A program made the translations under genes and the position numbers. From Eledone cirrhosa (Eukaryota), in assembly GCA_964016885.1 (NCBI GenBank), contig OZ024742.1, positions 25,606,001 through 25,670,000 on the forward strand: DNA of 64,000 bases. The letters are read 5' to 3'. The notes beneath the pieces were generated by a model, which worked only from the letters and a program-made list of their open reading frames with translations, had not been told where the DNA came from and searched no databases. Each line of letters opens with the position of its first letter. Positions within the stretch are counted from its first letter, which is position 1. Below are positions 55,511-64,000 of this stretch, piece by piece.

Positions 55511-56869
55511 TTAGCTGTATATTTTATGGAATGTTCTGTGGAATTTATGCAAGCAGAGAGAAAACAAGTCAGTGCGTCTATTTATTATAGAATCTAAATT
55601 AGATATAATGGTAAATTTTTCACATAAACAGAGATTGCATGTATTGGATAGAGAACTGTTCAAGTATGAGGAAGCAGAACAAACCTTCTTCCAAGAGATG
55701 TTATAGTTAATATTTTTGTCTTTCAAGGACCATATGAGTTCTGAGAGTGCCGTGTTGGTTCTTTTAAGTTGGTATTTAAAAGACGAATGATGATTATAAA
55801 GACGAGCTTTAAAGGAGCTAGAAGTGGAGCCAAAATAGGTAAAGGAATTGGTGTCAGTTATAACTTTACGTTCGTAGATTAAGTTTTTTTCAAGACAATG
55901 GTTGTTGAGAGGACATTTATTTTTAACAGGGCAATTGCAATTGCGATTAGAGAGATTAACAGGGTTATTAACAAGTGACCTAGTGTTATCTATAGAAGGG
56001 ATTGGATTGGAGAAGTTATTTACTATAGGAATAATAGTTTCTTGATTTAGAATGGGATTAAGAACATTTAGCGAAGTTGCGTTTGACGTTGTATTTGGGT
56101 TTGCAGAAATTAGCCTAGAGTTTACAATGACGTCGGGAGTACTATTACTATTATTATGATATTCAGTGTTGGAAGGAAGAGATTTAGTATTTAGTATTTT
56201 ATTGTTGTGTTTAGAGATAATGTTGGAGATGTTGGAGGAGGTCGAATAGGAACATTTTATAGTGTTTGTTAAATATTTTACTATAGATACGTGAGGGAGG
56301 GAAGCATTTATTTAAGACACTAAAGAATAATTTAGGAATATTATTATTAATAGAGATGGAGAAAGGAGCATTATACCAGATTTAGTTTTTGTATCTAGGT
56401 CTTTTATTAAAGTTATTGGAATGATAATGTAACATTTTCTAGAATTTGTTTCTTTACTATATTTGATTTTATCAGGATAACCGGCTTTAGAAAGCGCGTT
56501 ATTATAGTAATTGACGTTAGCATCAAATATGATTTTATTAGAAGATAGGTTAGATATTCTTTTTCCAATATTACTAACTATAGCATTCTTAATATTAGTG
56601 GGGTGGTTAGATTTAAAATTAACATAATTTAGGTTCTCATTGTTTTTATGGTAAGGGTAATATAGGCCAGTGTCAAGATTAAGAGATACATCCAAGAAAT
56701 TAGCTAGTTTGATGCTGTTATCAAATTCAATTTTTAAGTTATGTTGGTTAAAGAGATTACGTATATTGTTCTTAATAATATTAAGGTTAACTATGTTGCA
56801 ATTTAAGATAGTAAAGAGTCCATCGTCACGATAAATTTCACCGCGAAGTTGAGAAATTTTCCGATTCAA
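55511..56869 (-). pseudogene. PLE reverse transcriptase/GIY-YIG ORF remnant (frameshifted)
   Basis: IYRDDGL, FLDVSL, YVNFKSNHP; then NCNCPVKNKCPLNNHC..NLIYE..TYFGSTSSSFKARLYNH..CNLCLCEK..CLH. Confidence 0.9.
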
Positions 56870-56928
56870 AGATGTCCAGAATTAGCCGTCGAAACGGCTT
56901 GAGCTCAGCCGTCGGGGTCCTACTTGTT

Positions 56929-56999
<71 letters not shown>

Positions 57000-57088
57000 T
57001 ATAACAAGACAGTTTCTCATTAACGTTTTTGATTGATTATCGACAAGTTATGTAAGTTTCCATATTTGTTTTCTAGACTCGACTCCAG

Positions 57089-57186
57089 CGTTAATCTGCT
57101 CATCAGATTTGTTAGTCAAGCTAAAAACAAAATTATGTGACATTTTGTTTTTAGCTTGATTAACAAGTCTGCTGAGCAGATTGATG
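57089..57186. repeat. 45-bp-arm hairpin containing HHR core remnants
   Basis: Arms at 57089-57133 and 57142-57186; CTGATGA on minus in the left arm, CTGCTGA on plus in the right arm. Confidence 0.75.
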
Positions 57187-57214
57187 TGAAAGAGCACATT
57201 AAGTATATTTTCGT

Positions 57215-57900
57215 CTCACTCGCTCATCGCAACTACATCTAATTCTAGTAACTAAATATCTTTACGTAAGAGATCTTGCTTCCATGCTGACCCCAGTGTA
57301 CTTGCCACTCTGATTGCAGCGATGTTATTCGAAAAGGTAAAAGAAAGGGTTGAGGTCACTCAATTTGGTCTTTGAGAAGACCTGTTGAAACTGTCTTCTC
57401 TTATGTTTGGAAGGCTTTTTAGTTGTGGTTTAAGCAGAAAGGCCCTCTTGGGAGAAATTTGGATGTTTCTGTTCTGTACGTTTTTCTGTCTGTTCGGCCT
57501 AAAAGTCTTCTAGTTGAAGTTTGATCTTTTAGTTCATTAAAAAACCTATTCCTTTTGATTTGATCTTGTTTATTTACAAAACTTCCTTTATAAGTTCGCA
57601 GTTGCTCTGTCAAACAACCGTAAAGTTGATGCAGAATTGTTTTCTTCGGGTTTTTTGTATTGTCGTTCTTATACAATTTTAGGGGTATGAGGCGCTGGTG
57701 TACGTGTTGATGTGGACATGGTGCCAATTGCTGGCAATTCCACTTTCCATTTAACCATTAAGCTGGAGCGGTTCCTGGTGGAGGTACTTTGAAAATCCCC
57801 GTTACGAGTCTCTTTTCTACTTGATTTGTTTAAGAAGAGGGGGGCATTTTTCCTTGTCACACTCTGAGGTGTCACTGTCCAAGAGGTCGGAATCTGAGAA
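57215..57900 (-). mobile_element. Decayed LINE fragment (end of ORF1 and start of AP endonuclease)
   Basis: Manual translation IRVASTLGSAWKQDLLRKDI*LLELDVVAMSE resembles APE domains I-II. Confidence 0.55.
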
Positions 57901-58080
57901 AAAGCGGCATAATCATTAACAGTAATAAAGCAATATTTACGATTTCATTCCATTTAATATTATTTGTGTAGTTGCATTCTGTAACTATTGGCTGTTTCAT
58001 TTCAAAGTTGTATTTAATTGCTCTTCCTCAATGAAAACATCCTCAAACGAAAATATTCATGTATAATACACATTATCTAT

Positions 58081-58259
58081 GTGGATTGGCAGTATCGGTA
58101 GAGGGTCGGACGCCATGCTTTCCAGCATAGTTACGTCCCTTACGATCTGAGTTCAAATCCCGCCGAGGTTGACTTTGCTTTTCATCCTTACGGGGTCGAT
58201 AAAATAAAGTACCAGTAATGCACTGGATAATTGCTGGCCTTGTGCCAAAAGTAGAAACA
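58081..58259 (+). mobile_element. Nin-domain SINE with TSD
   Basis: ATTATCTAT at 58072-58080 and 58260-58268. Confidence 0.93.
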
Positions 58260-58742
58260 ATTATCTATATATGTGGGCTTCTATCGGACGTGTATCTACG
58301 CATGCATTTGCGTGTAGAATTATATTTATCATCACACAAACAAAATATTACACTAAATATATAAGTGTTTGTATTGGAAGTATATGATAGAATTTTCTGA
58401 TAAAATATTGGAATATATCAAAAATCCCACTGGACAAGAAATTATCGTGATAATTTATTTCCATATTTTGAATATTTCGAATGATATCCTATTTGAATTC
58501 CTCATTGTTGATAATGGTTTAATGGTATATTGTATAATGTAATAATACATACCGTCGGAAGCCTCGCTGAGCTAATCTAGTGAGACTAATATATATGTAG
58601 ATAAAAATGTATGTATATTTATATATGGAATTAATTCTAATGAAACAGTTCTATTCCTATAGAAGACATTTTTGTATCTATCTCTCATTCTCTGTATACA
58701 CACAGAGACACACACAGAGACACACACATAGACACACACACG

Positions 58743-58827
<85 letters not shown>

Positions 58828-58983
58828 CCCACACACACACACACAAACAAACACGCACACACGCAAACACACACACACACACACACACATACACACACAC
58901 ACACACATACACACACACACATATCTCCTTATAATATATAACCAGCAATTTCTCTGTTTGTCTATCTGTCTGTCCGACAGTGG

Positions 58984-59363
58984 AAACACGTGCGCGCCTG
59001 CGAATGTTTTTTTGCGCACGCGTAGAGAGAGAGTGAGAGTGAAAGAAAGAGACAGACTACGAAAGGGGGATAGCGGGAGGGAGAGAGGGAGAGAGAGAGA
59101 GTGAATAGACGCTAAAACACGTGCGCGCGTGCGAATGTTTTTTGCGCACGCGTAGAGAGAGAGTTAGAGTGAAAGAAAGAGACAGACTACAAGAAGGGGA
59201 TAGCGGGAGAGAGAGAGGGGGAATTGAGGAGTGCTACAGAAACATATATACATTTCTGTGTGTGTGTAATATTTATATATATACACACACAGAAATATAT
59301 ATATATACACACAGAAATATATATAGATTTCTGTGTGTAATATATATATATATACACACAGAA

Positions 59364-59394
<31 letters not shown>

Positions 59395-59422
59395 GAAATA
59401 TATATACATTTCTGTGTGTATA

Positions 59423-59455
<33 letters not shown>

Positions 59456-59742
59456 GAAATATATATACATTTCTGTGTGTGTAATATATATATATACACA
59501 CACACAGAAATATATATATATTTCCGTGTGTGTATATATATATATATTACACACACAGAAATGTATATATATTTCTGTGTGTGTATATATATATATTACA
59601 CACACAGAAATGTATATGTATATACACACAGAAATATATATACATCCCTTAGCTACTGTACTGTATCTGTTGCTATCTCTCTCTCTCTCCAGCTATCCCT
59701 CTCTTTTAGTCTGTCTGTTTCTCTCACTCTCACTCTTTCTCT
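58984..59742. repeat. 132-bp tandem duplication, palindromic minisatellite and inverted copy
   Basis: AAACACGTGCGCGC at 58984 and 59116; CACAGAAAT(AT)n ATTTCTGTG units at 59235-59640; 59670-59742 is an inverted copy of ~59155-59215. Confidence 0.8.
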
Positions 59743-59889
59743 TTGTAACACACTAACATTCCTCCCCTCTATCGCTGTGACGAATGGGGAGATGGAGGAG
59801 GAGGAGGAGGAGGAGGAGAGAGTCACTTCGTCACTTCACCTCTGCCTTTTTTTCTCTCCCCTCTCATTCCCTCATTACGTACAGACATT

Positions 59890-60060
59890 AGGGCGGTGGA
59901 TTGGCAGAATCTGTAGAGAGTCGGACACCATGCTTCATAGCATGGAGGTACGTCCCTTTACGGTCTGAGTTCAAATACCGCCGAGGTTAACTTTGCCTTT
60001 CATCCTCATGGGGTCGACAAAATAAAGTACCTGTAATGTACTGGGTAATTGCTAGCCTTG
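59890..60060 (+). mobile_element. Nin-domain SINE cut off at its 3' end by a Helitron
   Basis: Consensus match stops at GCTAGCCTTG, directly followed by TCTATATA. Confidence 0.88.
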
Positions 60061-60374
60061 TCTATATATATATAAAACTGAGGATGTCTGTCTGTGTGTG
60101 TGTGTGTGAGTTCGAATCCCTAAAACTCGAGAACCACCAAACCGACTGTTTTCAAACTTTACACATGTAATACATATGTGTCAGGAAGTGTTCTGAGCTA
60201 AGAAAATTTCAAATTTTCAATGCCCTAGGGACCGCATTAGGCGATTTAGCGATCTCGCTCTATAATTCTTAGTCTTTCACTTTTCAGATAGATACATACA
60301 TATAACGTCGCGCCCTTATAATATCTGTCTGTATGTCTGGCTGTCTGCATTACGTCACTTCCCTGAGGGTGTGT

Positions 60375-60405
<31 letters not shown>

Positions 60406-61004
60406 AGTTTGAATCCCTAAAACTCGAGAAGTACCCAACCTATTTTTTAAAAACTTTACATGTGTATTACTTATGTTTCAGGGAGTGTTATGCATATAAA
60501 AAAATTCAACTTTTTTTATATCCTAGGGCCCGCATTAGGTGAAAAACTGCGTTTTTAAAGATTTTTAGGGGTTTTTTGAGGCGTTACGTCAGACTGATTT
60601 TCTTGAAATTCTAACTATGTATTAGTCAGTCTCTTCTTCATACCGCAAGCAAAGAAAATTCAACTTTCTTATGGCTTATGGCACGCATTAGGTGAAAAAC
60701 TTCATTTTTTCAGCTTCTTAGGGCTTTTTGGAGGCGTTTCATCTAGCCGATTTTTCCCGAAATTTCACGGCATATTATGCACATAAAAAAATTCATTTTC
60801 TTGATCCCTCAGAGCCCTCATTAGGTGAAAACTTGCAGTTTTCCTCCTTCCTCGAGGGAAATCTTAAAGATTATCCAGCCATCAGAGTATTCGGTTTATT
60901 TTCTTTACATATTGTCCAAGCATGCAGTTTTTCCACAATTAGGTATGTTGGCGGCCCGCGTTCCAAAATACCTTATCCCGTGCAACGCCGGGTACCACTG
61001 CTAG
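60061..61004 (+). mobile_element. Non-autonomous Helitron
   Basis: TC start; internal subrepeats (GCATTAGGTGAAAA); hairpin CCCGTGCAACGCCGGG; CTAG at 61001-61004. Confidence 0.8.
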
Positions 61005-61266
61005 TCTATATATATAAAACTGATATTGTCTGTGTGTCCTCATTTTTGAAAAGTCTATACAAATCCACGTTTCTACTACGATTGACTTTAAACTTGCATT
61101 TATATATTCCTTGCGGTCTAAACATATTGTTAAAGGGGTGTTAGGCACCGGTTATCCATCTCCGTCACGCTCTTATAATATCTGTCTGTATGACAGAAGT
61201 CTGCATAACGTCATTCTGACGTATTATCTTCGCTACATTCACACACAGGCACGCGCGCGCGCGCGC

Positions 61267-61340
<74 letters not shown>

Positions 61341-61405
61341 ACACACACACACACACACACACGTGCGTACACGCACATATATATATATACATATATACTT
61401 ATATA

Positions 61406-61985
61406 TGGTGGCTGCTAACTCGTTTTCGAGTACGGCCACTACTTTATATCCATGTAGGAGAACCCCTACCTATGCGCTAAACAAGTGTGACTTTATAGTC
61501 CAGCCAGCGACTTGAAAAGTCTGGTACAAACGCTACACTTGTGGCAATTATTGACACATAGTGCTGGGCCCACGGCACCATGTGACGACAAGTGCAGAGA
61601 GATCAAAGCAATGCCTATGCCGTCAAGCTTTTATAGTGAGCAAAGGCACTGCACAAAGCCAGTCCCACTCTCTTAACCAAGATGATATTTTCCAAAAAGA
61701 AGAACAAGTCGACATCATTGGATACCATCAGGGTTGCAGGTGTTATATCAGTTTTCCTTCTCCTAGAATTCTGCCTTGACAAAGGCTAAGGGGTCATCTC
61801 TCCCGGTGATTTTGGATGGCCATTGACTCTTAAGAGCTCCTTTGCCCTTTGACAGGTTTTGTTTTTAGTCCTGCAGGATGTCCAAAGTTACCCTCCTCAC
61901 CAAGAAACCCTTTATGCACCATTCATCGAACTGTAGACCAACAAATACCAAGTAAACCAAGTAAAGTTGACAAGAACGATGGCAA
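61406..61985 (-). mobile_element. Non-autonomous RTE-like derivative, copy 2 (longer 5' part)
   Basis: Homologous to 251-657; 5' boundary approximate. Confidence 0.6.
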
Positions 61986-62112
61986 ATGAATCTTCGAGGT
62001 AAGCAGTTTCCTCCCGAGCTGTTAGTTCACGCGGTATTCTCTGCTACACCTTTTCGTTATAATACCGAACAACGTACTGCTGGTCACTCCTTCCTCCAAA
62101 AGCCGTACAAAG

Positions 62113-62172
<60 letters not shown>

Positions 62173-62182
62173 AACAGATTAA

Positions 62183-62233
62183 AGTTTAAGCAAAGAATCG
62201 CTGCTTTCAACATTAACGGGAACTTCTGAAACT
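62183..62233 (-). ncRNA. Family D hammerhead variant
   Basis: agttt CAGAAGT tccc-gttaa-tgtt GAAA gca-gcgattctt-tgc TT aaact. Confidence 0.5.
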
Positions 62234-64000
62234 AAAAAATTTAATCTGTGAACGCAGAATTATATATTTCGAGAAACGTTGCAAACGAAGGAAAACAGGA
62301 AGACGATATTTTGGTTCGTGAAGACGTTCCCTGGTAATGAACGGAAAAAAAGCGATGATAATACGTCGCTATGTGGACCGAGAAGAACTATTTCATGCAA
62401 AGACAAGACCAAGTTTATGGTATAAATGGAGTCGTTAGACTAATATTCTATTTGAAATAACCGAATGATTTCCAGCCCCGGAGTTTAAGAATGATGTAAA
62501 TAAAATTGAAAACAAAAATGACAGAGGTTATTAAAATAGTAAAAGTAAATATTTAGGCTAGTACAATAGTATGCCCCGACAGAAATACACATACATACAC
62601 ACACACAAATACATACACACCCACAAACACACACACACACGCACGCACGTACGCACGCGCGCGTATGTATAAACCTTATGCATTTATACAGTATTTTCAC
62701 CAAACTTAAGACATAGTTTACGTATGTACTCCGGATGGTCATGGGCACTTTCATTTTTCCAGATATTGATTATAGGGCCTCCCGGCAGATAACCCCCTTT
62801 AATACTTTCTTGGAGTCGACTGAAGCACTGCAGTGCAATGCAACAAAACGTCATAACTTCTGGAGTGCGCAACCGATTTTCACAAAACTTGAGACATGGG
62901 CTACGATTGTCCTACAGATGAATGTGAACTCTCACAATTGGCACATATTGAGTAGGGGACCCCTGGGGGCAGGAACCCCTTTTGGAAAAAGCTGATGATT
63001 TTGTAAAAGTATAGTTTTCGAAGAAGCACTGAAGTATTGACATAAATGGTATACACAACTGCTATTTAATACCCGAGGAACGCCGGGTACCTCTGCTAGT
63101 ATATATATATATATATATATGGGTGGTGTATTTAGGTGTAAATACACCTTATTCTGGGTGTAAATTGCAACCTTCTCCAAATGACATGAAGCAAATCTGA
63201 CCGATCTCATTTATGTTATCTTATCTAACGATCTTGGTCTTCGTTCCCCTGTATTACTCCTTACGGTTAGCTTTGCTCGAAAAATATGCCCGGCAAATTT
63301 TTTCTCGAGGCATTCTAACCCCATTCTCGTAATATCGGAGTTCTGACCACTCAATTCGGAGAAATAGCGGCTCCACTTGCTGCGACTTTCGTGATCCCCG
63401 ATCTACGTGTTCTATCGATCAATGCTACTTCAGAAACGCTTCGGAGGAGCATATTCAGGTTCGTATTCTTTCGGTATTTACTAAAGATTCATGACCATTT
63501 GTAATGACCAAATATAGAATTAAAGATAGCGAGGTTGGCTTTTACACATACTTCCCTTCTTACATTTAATTCTGCCTCCAGCTTTCCATTACACGTTAAA
63601 ACCTCTCCGCGATTCTTGAATTTCTCCAGTTTCTTCAGTGTAACTCTCACATGTAGAGCACATCTTACAGGCATTCTTAAGAAGACGAGTATAATTTATA
63701 TTTATTCCTACTGTATAAATCTCTCGTCATATTATGTAATATCATTTCGTCGTTAAATGCCACTCGGCCGATCCTATATCCGTCACTCTTTATAGTACTT
63801 CCAATCCGGCTGCGCATGTCAGTTCTGTTCATGAATATAGTATGATATATTATAAATATAAACATATATGCACGGATTTATAATTTATTGGGTCGTATCA
63901 TATTACACTATTGTTTATTTAGACAACGGAATTAAATATTTCAAACACATTAGAAACCGTCGAAAATACAGCCGAAAATATGATATACATCATTGGATTA

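Larger units (their letters stand above)
54427..56870 (-). mobile_element. 5'-truncated Penelope-like retroelement (RT + C-terminal GIY-YIG + 3' HHR)
   Basis: Coding remnant at 55511-56869, ~1 kb 3' region, same-strand HHR, 3' end abutting (TA)n. Confidence 0.85.
61005..63099 (+). mobile_element. Second Helitron in tandem, with nested inserts
   Basis: TCTATATATATAAAACTGA start directly after CTAG; ACCCGAGGAACGCCGGGT hairpin and CTAG|T at 63096-63099. The pairing of these two ends is inferred. Confidence 0.6.

Noticed and set aside
63120-63720. Possible LINE ORF1 or other coding remnant on the minus strand
   Set aside because: The composition looks coding-like, but there are multiple stops and no motif I can identify.

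Overview
AT-rich, microsatellite-dense eukaryotic DNA, most likely an octopus (coleoid cephalopod) genome; this is inferred from the SINE and microsatellite content, not from a database match. No host gene can be called with confidence. The window holds about 15 copies of a tRNA-derived Nin-domain SINE, several non-autonomous Helitrons, a decayed hAT (hATm-like) transposon with TIRs and an 8-bp TSD, LINE/RTE remnants, an ~8 kb G+T-rich trinucleotide satellite, and two remnants of Penelope-like retroelements (PLEs; RT plus C-terminal GIY-YIG). The most striking signal is invisible to the ORF track. About 25 type-I hammerhead ribozyme (HHR) motifs, intact, degenerate or partial, from roughly 10 unrelated repeat families sit in short elements inserted in (TA)n tracts. 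Many of these elements are fold-back pairs with one polarity: HHR on the minus strand in the left arm and on the plus strand in the right arm. Two of them (429-bp and 562-bp units) are circularly permuted, more-than-unit-length copies, as expected for retrozyme-like circular RNAs copied by a PLE reverse transcriptase. Two families carry consistent non-canonical cores (U4A and U3-A8). All structures were folded by eye and none has been tested for activity.
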